Of a stretch of 64,000 bases of DNA, positions 10,888 through 19,879 are shown piece after piece (position 1 is the first letter of the stretch; each line of letters starts with the position of its first letter). Origin of the DNA: a virus (taxonomy: Duplodnaviria > Caudoviricetes); the IMG/VR virus record IMGVR_UViG_3300008267_000012; one strand, 5' to 3'. Made by a program: the position numbers and the translations under genes. The notes under the pieces were generated by a model. That model saw only the letters and a list, made by a program, of their open reading frames with translations. It was not told the origin of the DNA and did no database searches.

Positions 10888-11235
10888 ATGAAAACTAAAA
10901 GACTTACTTTGGAATCATTTAAATCTCTTGTAAAAAAAATAATTAAAGAAGAAATTGAAAATCAAGATTACTATGAAACATTATCTCAAGCATTAGATGT
11001 TGTTAGAGATAAAGCAGCTAGTATGGGATTTGAAGTTGATGAAGATGATATTTTTAGACATTTTGGTACAGGAGGTATTCGTTATGAAGAAACTAAATCT
11101 GCTAATATTAGATTATTTAAAGATGCTGAACCTATTATGGATAGAAGAGGAAAAGAAATGAATCGCTCACTACATGTTTCAATTTATAGAATGCCATCAG
11201 GTAGATACGAATTAACAATGTATCCAACATTTTAA
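10888..11235 (+). CDS. Hypothetical protein with shared N-terminal leader (LTLESFKSLVKKIIKEE)
   Basis: Intact ORF; leader resembles those of several other genes in the window. Confidence 0.7.
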   Translation: MKTKRLTLESFKSLVKKIIKEEIENQDYYETLSQALDVVRDKAASMGFEVDEDDIFRHFGTGGIRYEETKSANIRLFKDAEPIMDRRGKEMNRSLHVSIYRMPSGRYELTMYPTF

Positions 11236-11247
11236 GAAAAAAAATTT

Positions 11248-11274
11248 AAAACCCTTGAGAAATCAGGGGTTTTT
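11248..11274 (+). terminator. Intrinsic terminator
   Basis: AAACCCTTGA-GAAA-TCAGGGGTTTTT hairpin followed by a T-tract. Confidence 0.75.
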
Positions 11275-11290
11275 CTTTTATATTTGTCTT

Positions 11291-11929
11291 ATGAAAGCAG
11301 AACTCCTATCCCATTTTGGAAGCGATTTGACCATAACTAACACAGCAAGAGTGAGTTATGGAAAACAGGTTGATGAATTCACCGATAAAGATATTAAATT
11401 AATTAACTATCTTGTTAAACACGGTCATACTTCACCGTTTAGACATTGTAGTTTACAATTTAGAATTAATTGTCCAATCTATGTTGAAAGACAATTATTT
11501 AAACATCAGGTTGGTTGGGCTGCTAATTCTATCTCAGGTAGATATGTAGACTTCTCAGATACATATACAACTGTAACAGAATGGAGAAAACAATCCACAT
11601 CTTCTAAACAAGGTAGTGAAGGTGTTATTGATAATCAAGAAATGGCTTCTATCATTGAAGCAGATATTATTGACCGTTGTAAAGGTGCTTATGAAAAACT
11701 TATTGAACTTGGTGTATCAAAAGAACAAGCAAGAACAATCTTACCTTTGAATTTGAATACAACATTTATTTGGACAGGTTCTTTCCAAGCATTTATTCAC
11801 CTTTGCAATCTTAGATTAAAACCTGATGCCCAACAGGAGACAAGAGAAGTAGTGGCTGAGATGCTTGAATGTGTTAAAAACATTGAAGGTAATCCATTTC
11901 AACATAGTCTTACCGCATTTGGATTTTAA
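11291..11929 (+). CDS. thyX: FAD-dependent thymidylate synthase
   Basis: HTSPFRH, ERQLFKHQVGWAANSISGRY, EQARTILP, AQQETR; start moved to ATG 11291 downstream of a TATATTTG box. Confidence 0.9.
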   Translation: MKAELLSHFGSDLTITNTARVSYGKQVDEFTDKDIKLINYLVKHGHTSPFRHCSLQFRINCPIYVERQLFKHQVGWAANSISGRYVDFSDTYTTVTEWRKQSTSSKQGSEGVIDNQEMASIIEADIIDRCKGAYEKLIELGVSKEQARTILPLNLNTTFIWTGSFQAFIHLCNLRLKPDAQQETREVVAEMLECVKNIEGNPFQHSLTAFGF

Positions 11930-11949
11930 AAAAATTATATATTTGAATT

Positions 11950-12352
11950 ATGAATAAACTAGAAAACAAAATTTCTTCATTAAAAGAATACCAAGAACTT
12001 GCTGCAAGAACTTGCACAGATTTAGGAAGTAAAAAACTAAATAATCTTCACATGAAAATGGGTTTAATTACAGAACTTGCTGAAGCAATTGATGTGTATA
12101 AGAAGAAGATTGCTTATAAAAAAGATATTGACTATGTAAATCTTCAAGAAGAGTTAATCGGAGACACGCTTTTTTATGCAGTTAACTATTGCAGAATCAA
12201 TAAGATAATCAACATATCTTAATTTTGATTTTTATCAATCATTGACAAATAATATCAATAAACTTATGGTTCGCTACCCTGAAAAGTTTGATACTGACAA
12301 AGCAATCAACAGGGATTTAGAAACCGAAAGAAAAAGACTTGAAGATAAGTGA
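11950..12352 (+). pseudogene. MazG-like NTP pyrophosphohydrolase split by a frameshift
   Basis: Frame 1 has EYQELAART...ELAEAIDVYKK...EELIGD and stops at 12222; frame 2 continues NNINKLMVRYPEKF...NRDLETER to TGA at 12350-12352. Confidence 0.75.
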
Positions 12353-12555
12353 AATTTATATCATTATCAAGAATATTAGGTAGACAAGGAATGATAAAAA
12401 ATAATCTTATCTCAAAAGCAAAAAATAAAATGAGAGAAGATGATGATTTTAGTAGTTCTTGTGTTACCACAAATGATGATAGATATTATGGTCTTGATGA
12501 AAGGTCAATTTTAGCTATATCAAATAAAAGAAGATACAGAGGAATAAAATATTAA
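12349..12555 (+). CDS. Hypothetical protein (68 aa)
   Basis: GTG start in a GTGA overlap with the frame-2 end of the MazG-like gene. Confidence 0.55.
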   Translation: MKFISLSRILGRQGMIKNNLISKAKNKMREDDDFSSSCVTTNDDRYYGLDERSILAISNKRRYRGIKY

Positions 12556-12561
12556 ATCACT

Positions 12562-13944
12562 ATGAACAATAACTTTCGCTTTCCAATTTCAGATATTGCT
12601 TATGAACTCTTTGGTCGCATGTATAACTTTGCTAAAGAAGCAAATATTAATGCTCTTAATGAGGATGTGACCATCATTGATGAAAATAATAAGTATGAGT
12701 TAAGATTAAATAACTATAAAAAGTATTTAAAGTTTGGTGAAAGTAATATTCAAAATATTTTTTATGGTGCATTTTTCAATGTAACAGAAAAAGGACATTC
12801 TCTTATTTTAACTTCCACTCAATTTAAACTAAAAAGACTTTCTTTTGCAGGTGAACATCTTGAAATGAGAAAACAAGGCTATGAATACCTATGCTATCCT
12901 AGCAAAAAGAATATCTCATTTGTTTTTATTTCACCAAGTGGTGCAGTAAAATTTAACCCACTTTCATCAAATAAAGCAGTTTGGCTTTCATTATCAAATA
13001 TTAAAAAGTTTCCTTTTAATTATTTTGGTTTAAATAGAGATGCTGATACTATTCAATTAAGTAAAAAACTTCTTTTTAATAATAAAAAGAATGAATGGTG
13101 TGAAAACCATTTGGAAAGAAAAAGAGCAAGAAATAATACAGCATTAACTTCGCAAAATAATTTTGCTAAATCATCATATGGTTCTTGTTCAAGTCTTCAA
13201 CAGTTTATTAATAAGATTAAAACAATTGATGAACCATTATCACATAAACAATTTACAGGTTTATCATTTGATGATATCTATGAGATAATGTCAGTTGTAC
13301 CTATATTTAAAAACCCAATTAAATATATTGATAATTATTTAGAATTTAAGGATTCCTCAAAAAAAGTTCCTGAATATCAAACATACTTTGATGATTTAAT
13401 CAAGATGGCAAATGATGTTGGTCAAAAGATTAATTTCTCTTTGAATAAAGATAATATCAAAGAACAACATGATAGAATCTTATTGGATAATCTTGACAAG
13501 ATGAAAGCAAAACAAATTCATGTTGATGATAAATATCTTATCTTGGAAAAGTATTTACCAAAACAATTTAAAATGATTAAAGATGGTAAAGACCTTTTGT
13601 TTGAAGGACTTACTCAAAAGCATTGTGTTAACTCTTATTCAGATAATATCAATAGAGGTCAATGTTGTATTCTAACAACTGAGTATGATGAAAAAAGATA
13701 TACAGCAGAAATAACCTTTGGTAGAAGTTGGTTGAGCGATGATAATCAAGAAGTTTATAGAATAAACCAATTCAAAGGTTATGCTAACTCAAGTGTACCA
13801 AATGAACTTATGAGTAAGTTGCAAGATGTTATCAATGAAGTAAATAAAAAAGAAAAAAAATATATAAACAAAATAAAAGGGCCTATTAATGACCCTTTCA
13901 TTGACAACCTTGAAGTTGTTGAATATGTTGGTAATCCGTTTTAG
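12562..13944 (+). CDS. PcfJ-like domain protein
   Basis: C-terminal LLFEGLTQKHCVNSYSDNI...TAEI...INQFKGYANS pattern. Confidence 0.65.
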   Translation: MNNNFRFPISDIAYELFGRMYNFAKEANINALNEDVTIIDENNKYELRLNNYKKYLKFGESNIQNIFYGAFFNVTEKGHSLILTSTQFKLKRLSFAGEHLEMRKQGYEYLCYPSKKNISFVFISPSGAVKFNPLSSNKAVWLSLSNIKKFPFNYFGLNRDADTIQLSKKLLFNNKKNEWCENHLERKRARNNTALTSQNNFAKSSYGSCSSLQQFINKIKTIDEPLSHKQFTGLSFDDIYEIMSVVPIFKNPIKYIDNYLEFKDSSKKVPEYQTYFDDLIKMANDVGQKINFSLNKDNIKEQHDRILLDNLDKMKAKQIHVDDKYLILEKYLPKQFKMIKDGKDLLFEGLTQKHCVNSYSDNINRGQCCILTTEYDEKRYTAEITFGRSWLSDDNQEVYRINQFKGYANSSVPNELMSKLQDVINEVNKKEKKYINKIKGPINDPFIDNLEVVEYVGNPF

Positions 13945-13946
13945 AA

Positions 13947-14234
13947 TTAACTATTGTCAAATTCATAACCAATACTATCGGCATATTTTTTACTCATTTT
14001 GCCATATTTATGAGGCATAAAATATCCATGCGAAGGTTTAATTCTTTTTTGTTGAGGAAATATACTTGCAACTTGTACATCTTTTTCAAAATACGGTTCA
14101 TAAGCCATAATTTTATTACCTTGTATTTTTAGACTCATAAATTCTTCAGGGTTTTGAGACATTTCCATTTCTTCTTTAATCATTCTTCTAACCAATCCTT
14201 TCAATTGGGATTCTGTAATTCTTACTTTTCTCAT
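13947..14234 (-). CDS. Hypothetical protein with RITESQLKGLVRRMIKEE leader
   Basis: Intact ORF; leader nearly identical to an internal segment of 14948..15940. Confidence 0.7.
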   Translation of the reverse strand: MRKVRITESQLKGLVRRMIKEEMEMSQNPEEFMSLKIQGNKIMAYEPYFEKDVQVASIFPQQKRIKPSHGYFMPHKYGKMSKKYADSIGYEFDNS

Positions 14235-14276
14235 ATAAATATTTTTTTTTATAAATAGTTATTTTATATTTGTTTT

Positions 14277-14951
14277 ATGAAAATCTTTGCAATTTCAGAT
14301 ACTCATGGAAGACATGACCAAGTTCAAATACCTGAAGGAACAGATATGCTTATTCATGCAGGAGATTTTTCAAATGTAAAACTACCTGCAATGAACCATA
14401 ATGAAGTTAATTTATTTTTAATTTGGTTAGAACAACAACCTGTTAAATATAAAGTGATTATTGCAGGTAATCATGATACTTCTATTGAAAGTAGATTCAT
14501 TACCAAAGAAGATTTTAAAAATAGAGGTATTATCTATCTTGAACATGATTTAATTGAGATAGAAGGAATTAAAATATTTGGTTCTCCATATACTCCTGAG
14601 TATTGTAATTGGGCATTTAATCGCTCAAGAAATAAACTTGGTCAAATATGGGAATCAATACCTGATGATATTGACATCTTAATTACACACGGTCCACCTA
14701 AAAGTGTATTAGATTCAGCAGCAAGAGATAGACATGTAAGTGAACATGTGGGTTGTTCTGCTTTACTTAAAAGAGTATTAAAAGTACAACCAAAAATACA
14801 TATTATGGGCCATATTCACGATAATGAAGATAACAGAAACAATGGTACATTTAAATTCTTAGAATATAAAACAATCTTTGCAAATGTATCTTGCGTTAAA
14901 GATGGTGATAATCTACCATTTGTTCACAATGGTTATGAATTTGAACTTTAA
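14277..14951 (+). CDS. Calcineurin-like metallophosphoesterase
   Basis: SDTHG, HAGDF, GNHD, THGPP, GHIH motifs. Confidence 0.9.
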   Translation: MKIFAISDTHGRHDQVQIPEGTDMLIHAGDFSNVKLPAMNHNEVNLFLIWLEQQPVKYKVIIAGNHDTSIESRFITKEDFKNRGIIYLEHDLIEIEGIKIFGSPYTPEYCNWAFNRSRNKLGQIWESIPDDIDILITHGPPKSVLDSAARDRHVSEHVGCSALLKRVLKVQPKIHIMGHIHDNEDNRNNGTFKFLEYKTIFANVSCVKDGDNLPFVHNGYEFEL

Positions 14952-15940
14952 AATCTTCTTTTCCTTCTGATTCTAGATTCTTCTAATTGAGGTGTATTAG
15001 CAAATGATTGTGGTGCATTTGATGCTAATTTTTCTTGTGCTAATTTATTATATGCACTTAACAATCCTGCTTTTATATTGGGTAAATTTTTAGTTTCAAT
15101 ATTCATTAATTTTAATATTCTTAAAATAATACCATCAATTTCACCACCAACAACACTTTTGTCTCTTCTTAATGTATCCTGTAATGGTCTATTTCTATCA
15201 AATACTCTACCAAACTCTTTTTCAGTTGATGTATTATCAAATTTTTGTTGCATAGGCATAGCACCATCCATTTCATTTAACATTTTACGAACCATTCCTC
15301 TTAATTGAGATTCTGTAATCCTTACCTTTTTCATATTAGTTTTATTGTAATTAGTAAATTTAGATTCAGCTATTTGATTTTTCTTTAGCATAATAAAACT
15401 ACCTACCATACTTAATATTTCATTCTTATATGGCTCTATTAAAATTTGATATACAAGAGCGATACTTCCAACTATTTTAATTAATATCTCAAAAAATTGA
15501 AATATACTATCAATAGTAATATTATTTATTAATTGAGAATTTAATATACTATTAAACCATGTCTCTAAATTAGGTATACTTTGGTATGATTTAATATAAT
15601 AAAATGTTGCACAAGCTAATGTTGATAAATATATTAAATTTTTTAAACTAGGTGTAGTGTTTAATGTAGTTAAAAGCTTATCTAAAAAATCATTATTAAT
15701 CTGATTAATATTTTTTACAATTGAATTCTTTAAATTAGTTAAATAATATTGTAATGCCTTATTATTAGTTAATAACTTTTTATAAAAATCACCTATCTCT
15801 TTTACAGTCCTAATATTGTCAAATAATTGATTAACATAATCAGTAACAATGTTCTCATTTAATTCTTTCTCCTCTAACCTCAAAACCAATTGATTACAAG
15901 ACTCTATAAATTTTTGCCTATGTGAAAATTCTTTTGACAT
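14948..15940 (-). CDS. Hypothetical two-module protein (membrane-like N-terminal part plus a module starting at an internal RITESQL leader)
   Basis: 330-aa ORF; hydrophobic helices, then MKKVRITESQLRGMVRKMLNE. Confidence 0.65.
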   Translation of the reverse strand: MSKEFSHRQKFIESCNQLVLRLEEKELNENIVTDYVNQLFDNIRTVKEIGDFYKKLLTNNKALQYYLTNLKNSIVKNINQINNDFLDKLLTTLNTTPSLKNLIYLSTLACATFYYIKSYQSIPNLETWFNSILNSQLINNITIDSIFQFFEILIKIVGSIALVYQILIEPYKNEILSMVGSFIMLKKNQIAESKFTNYNKTNMKKVRITESQLRGMVRKMLNEMDGAMPMQQKFDNTSTEKEFGRVFDRNRPLQDTLRRDKSVVGGEIDGIILRILKLMNIETKNLPNIKAGLLSAYNKLAQEKLASNAPQSFANTPQLEESRIRRKRRF

Positions 15941-15974
15941 TTTTTTTCATAAATAGTGAAATTCCAAAAAAAGT

Positions 15975-15986
15975 TGTATATTTGAA
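15975..15986 (+). promoter_or_regulatory. Bacteroidota-type -7 promoter box (TAnnTTTG) upstream of the tRNA cluster
   Basis: GTATATTTGA; the same box precedes 11291, 11950, 14277 and 17124 (+) and 49794, 53581, tRNA 53869 and the 62.8-kb ncRNAs (-). Confidence 0.65.
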
Positions 15987-15999
15987 CTGTGAAACACTT

Positions 16000-16083
16000 G
16001 TCAGAGTGATGAAATCGGTAGACATGCAGGACTTAAAATCCTGTGGCAGCAATGCCGTGAGGGTTCAAATCCCTCCTCTGATA
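16000..16083 (+). tRNA. tRNA-Leu(TAA)
   Basis: Acceptor GTCAGAG/CTCTGAT, anticodon arm CAGGA-CTTAAAA-TCCTG, long variable arm, T-arm GAGGG-TTCAAAT-CCCTC. Confidence 0.93.
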
Positions 16084-16088
16084 CATAA

Positions 16089-16162
<74 letters not shown>

Positions 16163-16391
16163 CAATGACTAAGAGATAGTCAGAGTCTTTAATCCAAGAC
16201 TTAAACAATGGATAGGTGTTTGGTAGTATCAGTCTTAATAATAAAATTGACTACTCATTGGGAATCAGGTCAGCCTATCCGCTTTCCCCCAAGTAAGGAT
16301 TGACTGTTTTCATGGGGTAAGACCCACAGGTTTTGGAACAGAAGAAAAAACCGAAGCATCTACTCACAAGTAATCTCATTGTGGGGCTTAT

Positions 16392-16474
16392 AGTCAGGTG
16401 GCACATAATGGGATGAATGGTTGTCCTAACCTGAGAAGGGTGGTGCGAAGCAGGTTCAACTCCTGTCCTGACTA
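16392..16474 (+). ncRNA. tRNA-like element with intact acceptor and T arms but a non-canonical D/anticodon core
   Basis: AGTCAGG/CCTGACT 7-bp stem plus GCAGG-TTCAACT-CCTGT; no canonical anticodon arm. Confidence 0.55.
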
Positions 16475-16477
16475 CAA

Positions 16478-16627
16478 ATGAGAAGCGAAACATTTCAAAG
16501 AATACTTGATGAAATGGAAAAAGACCATTGTTGGGTTAAACTAAAAAGATGGTTTCGTATTGAACTCTATGTGATTAAATCTTTAGGAATTAAAAAATAT
16601 ATTAAAAGAAAATTATATGGAAGATAA
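16478..16627 (+). CDS. Small hypothetical protein (49 aa)
   Basis: Manual ORF MRSETFQRILDEMEKD..., overlapping the next gene. Confidence 0.55.
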   Translation: MRSETFQRILDEMEKDHCWVKLKRWFRIELYVIKSLGIKKYIKRKLYGR

Positions 16628-16820
16628 TTTTTACAAGAGACTTCTTGATGAAAAAGTTTCATTAGAAGAAAAAGTTGAAAAACTTAAAATATTTTTATTT
16701 ACAGGAGCATTTAATCAACTTGATTTCCATCAGCAAGGTTTATTACAAATACAATTATCCGCTATGGAAACTTATTTAAAATGTTTAAATGAAAGATTGG
16801 TTTTAATAAAATCTAAATAA
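16617..16820 (+). CDS. Small helical protein resembling the crAss001_48-related family
   Basis: RLLDEKVSLEEKVEKLKIFL...QLSAMETYLKCLNERL pattern, recognised from memory. Confidence 0.55.
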   Translation: MEDNFYKRLLDEKVSLEEKVEKLKIFLFTGAFNQLDFHQQGLLQIQLSAMETYLKCLNERLVLIKSK

Positions 16821-16824
16821 ATAT

Positions 16825-17040
16825 ATGGCAAAATTAATGTGGGTAACAAACACAACAACTTGGTATGAGTATGAATTTACTCCTGAAGAATACAAACAAT
16901 ATCTTGAGGATGAAGATAAATTCATGGAAGAAAATGATGTGTTTGGGTCAGCTAAAATTGTTAGAGAAAAAGTATTAGGTCCTGATGATATTGAACTCAT
17001 TGATGATGAGGAAGATGATGAATTTCAGGATGAAGAATAA
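16825..17040 (+). CDS. Acidic hypothetical protein
   Basis: Intact ORF followed by a terminator. Confidence 0.7.
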   Translation: MAKLMWVTNTTTWYEYEFTPEEYKQYLEDEDKFMEENDVFGSAKIVREKVLGPDDIELIDDEEDDEFQDEE

Positions 17041-17046
17041 AAAATT

Positions 17047-17075
17047 AAGGGTTAGTAAATGCTAACCCTTTTTTT
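17047..17075 (+). terminator. Intrinsic terminator
   Basis: AAGGGTTAG-TAAATG-CTAACCCTT followed by a T-tract. Confidence 0.8.
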
Positions 17076-17123
17076 ATTAAAAATTTTAACAAAAAATATA
17101 AAAAAACGTATTATATTTGAGAT

Positions 17124-17423
17124 ATGAAAATCATTAACGCAGAAGAATTTAAGAATGCAATTAATGAAGATTGCATTGTTGCATTTAGCACATCTTGGTG
17201 CGGTCCTTGTAAAATGTTAGCACCAACTCTTGAAACAATTACTGAAGTTCCTGTATATAAAGTGGATGCTGATACAGAAGCACAACTTTGTATTGAATAT
17301 GGTATTAGGTCAGTTCCAACAATTATTTCTTTTAAAGAAGGAAAAGAATATAAAAAATTATTGGGCAATCAAACCAAACCCAAACTTTTAGAAATGTTAG
17401 ATTATGAATTGCCAAATAATTAA
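17124..17423 (+). CDS. trxA: Thioredoxin
   Basis: WCGPCKM active site, VDAD, GIRSVPT. Confidence 0.92.
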   Translation: MKIINAEEFKNAINEDCIVAFSTSWCGPCKMLAPTLETITEVPVYKVDADTEAQLCIEYGIRSVPTIISFKEGKEYKKLLGNQTKPKLLEMLDYELPNN

Positions 17424-17524
17424 TTTAATTAAAGATAAAGGACAAATCATTGGTGTTCTCCTTCAACTTGAGAATGGAGATACACAATATCTACCAATAA
17501 AAGAATATAATAAATTTCAAAACA

Positions 17525-18115
17525 ATGGCAAATAACTGTTACAACATCATTACCTTTGAAGGTGATATTGAAAAACTTAATAAACTTAGAGACATAATTG
17601 CACCTTTTGTTAAAACAGGTTTGAATTATGAAAACTATAAAGAACTTTTTGCAGATGAACAAATCTTTATTGATTCATATGAAGATTATGATTTTAGAGA
17701 AGAGCATCCAAAATGGTTTACTCCTGAAGAACCACACATTCTAGATGGTCAATTAAACCTATATGGCGATTCAGCCTGGACTCCTGTTACTGAACTTGTA
17801 GGTATAATTAGTCATGTATATAAAGTAAGTTCAAGAATCACTTATGAAGAACAAGGAATGAACTTCGCAGGTGAGCAAGAATATAACGAAGAAGGTGTAT
17901 GTACTCTTGATGATGAATATACTTATTGGGAATGGCAATTTAAAGAAGGTAACTTCTATGATGAATTTGCTTTTAGCGCAGAATACATGGATGACCTTGA
18001 TGAATTCTTAGATAATAATAACCTTGCCGATAAAGTTGATATGGATAAGGTAAAACAAATTTGGAACGAATACCATAACGAAGAAGAGGAAGAAGATAGC
18101 GAAAATGAAGAATAG
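17525..18115 (+). CDS. DUF1281/YubB-like ferredoxin-fold protein with acidic tail
   Basis: MANNCYN...DSAWTP...YEEQGMNFAG; related to 45557..46312. Confidence 0.55.
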   Translation: MANNCYNIITFEGDIEKLNKLRDIIAPFVKTGLNYENYKELFADEQIFIDSYEDYDFREEHPKWFTPEEPHILDGQLNLYGDSAWTPVTELVGIISHVYKVSSRITYEEQGMNFAGEQEYNEEGVCTLDDEYTYWEWQFKEGNFYDEFAFSAEYMDDLDEFLDNNNLADKVDMDKVKQIWNEYHNEEEEEDSENEE

Positions 18116-18262
18116 TTTTTGGTTTAATTATCATTATGATTTCTATAAAGGTGAATACAAGACACTTAAAAAAGAAAATATATTATTGATTTTTTCCATA
18201 ACAAATTTTATAATAACTTTAATAAATCTCTATCTCCATATAACTAATTAATAAGAAATAAT

Positions 18263-19081
18263 ATGTATAATACCCTAGACTATCACCAATCGGTAAACAA
18301 ACTAAGAACTTTCTTCCAAAAGAAAAATTTCATTGAAGTACCAACACAATCAAGATTATCTATCTTAGCAGCTTGTGAAAACCCTCACTCAATAACACAA
18401 TTTGAATATACAAATCAAATTTGGCCTCTACCACAGACAGGTCAAATGTGGTTGGAGTTTGAACTTTTGAAAAATCCAACTTGGGATGGTGTATTCTGCG
18501 TATCAACTTCATATAGACAAGAAAAAAATCCAATCCAAGGTAGACATGAACTTATCTTCCCTATGTTTGAATTTGAATCTAAAGGTACTATGAAAGATAT
18601 GCTTCAACTTGAAGCTGAATTATTAGAACATCTTGGCTTTGATAAACCAATTGAAGTAAATTATGATGATGTATGTCAAGAATATGGTGGTGTTGAAATT
18701 CTTGAAAATGAACATGAAACAAGAATGTGGGAAGAAAAAGGTCCTGTAGTATCTTTACAAAACTTTCCCCTAAGAACAAATCCATTTTGGAATATGCAAC
18801 ATAACGATAATGGTATCTTTAATAAAGTTGATGTAATACTTTATGGTCAAGAAACCATTGGCTCTGCTGAAAGAAGTAGCGATGTTGAAAAAATGAGAGA
18901 AATGTTCTATACCATTGAGAATGGAAAGTATAGCGAAAAATTATTTGAACTCTTTGGTAAAGATAGAGTAGAAAAAGAATTAGAAGATTTCTTTAAACAT
19001 GATTTCTTTGAAAGATTTGGTGGTGGAATCGGTATGACAAGAATGGCAAGGGCATTGAAATTAAATGGTTCTATTGATTAA
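18263..19081 (+). CDS. Stand-alone class II aaRS (Asp/Asn-type) catalytic-domain paralogue, asparagine synthetase A-like
   Basis: Motif 1 FIEVPT, motif 2 SYRQE...RH..IFPMFEFE, ETIGSAER, motif 3 GGGIGMTRM; no N-terminal anticodon-binding domain. Confidence 0.75.
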   Translation: MYNTLDYHQSVNKLRTFFQKKNFIEVPTQSRLSILAACENPHSITQFEYTNQIWPLPQTGQMWLEFELLKNPTWDGVFCVSTSYRQEKNPIQGRHELIFPMFEFESKGTMKDMLQLEAELLEHLGFDKPIEVNYDDVCQEYGGVEILENEHETRMWEEKGPVVSLQNFPLRTNPFWNMQHNDNGIFNKVDVILYGQETIGSAERSSDVEKMREMFYTIENGKYSEKLFELFGKDRVEKELEDFFKHDFFERFGGGIGMTRMARALKLNGSID

Positions 19082-19174
19082 AAGTATTATACTTTACTAT
19101 AGTATTTTTATTGGAATATTAGTTTTATCAATGGTATCATATTTAATAATTTATGATTTAATTAAAAATAAAAA

Positions 19175-19405
19175 ATGATTAAATTAATATTAGCATACGG
19201 TCTATTTATTTATTGGTTCTTTTTTCTTTTACTAGCAATTGGAGGATTAATTTTTGTTATTGTCGCTTTAGGTCGTCTAACAAAAGCCGTTATCAAAGAA
19301 GAAAAAATGATAGAAATTGAACCCGATTATCCAAAGCATACTGATAAAACATTATATAAATCTTCTCATATACCAATTCCTCAAAATTTTAAAAGAAAAA
19401 AATGA
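19175..19405 (+). CDS. Small membrane protein
   Basis: N-terminal hydrophobic helix. Confidence 0.65.
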   Translation: MIKLILAYGLFIYWFFFLLLAIGGLIFVIVALGRLTKAVIKEEKMIEIEPDYPKHTDKTLYKSSHIPIPQNFKRKK

Positions 19406-19611
19406 CACTAACTACATTCTTTATTATCCTAATCTTATTAGCATCTATTGTAACTACTCTTGGTGTACTAGTAATAAGAGTCGCTGTTCAAATGGCTGAA
19501 CATATATATTTCCCACCTAAACCAAAATTAAGTTTTAAAGAAAGAGCTAAAAAAAGATACGAAAGAAAATATGCAACTAAAAGAATTCCAAAGCCTACTA
19601 GAAAAGTTTAA
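19402..19611 (+). CDS. Small membrane protein with basic tail
   Basis: ATGA overlap; one TM helix. Confidence 0.65.
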   Translation: MTLTTFFIILILLASIVTTLGVLVIRVAVQMAEHIYFPPKPKLSFKERAKKRYERKYATKRIPKPTRKV

Positions 19612-19879
19612 ATCATTCTCAGATAAATTATCTGAACTACATGATTTAGGTTTTGACTTCTATGAAGGTAAATATCAACTAATAAATGATGTAGATAAAA
19701 TTATTGATATTACCCTATCCTCTCATTATACAGAACAAGGTGTGGATTGGATTAATTGGTTTATCTATGAAACCGATTATGGAAAAAAAGATATGGAAGC
19801 TACGGATGAAAATAAAAACCCAATATGCTATGATGTAGAATCCCTACATGAATATATTACAAAGAATCATAAAATTTAA
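19571..19879 (+). CDS. Hypothetical protein
   Basis: Intact ORF; DWINWFIYETDYG motif. Confidence 0.7.
   Translation: MQLKEFQSLLEKFKSFSDKLSELHDLGFDFYEGKYQLINDVDKIIDITLSSHYTEQGVDWINWFIYETDYGKKDMEATDENKNPICYDVESLHEYITKNHKI

Noticed and set aside
16165-16474. tmRNA or RNase P RNA
   Set aside because: No G3-U70 alanine identity or tag frame, and no GAGGAAAGUCC P4 motif; kept only as an unknown tRNA-like element.
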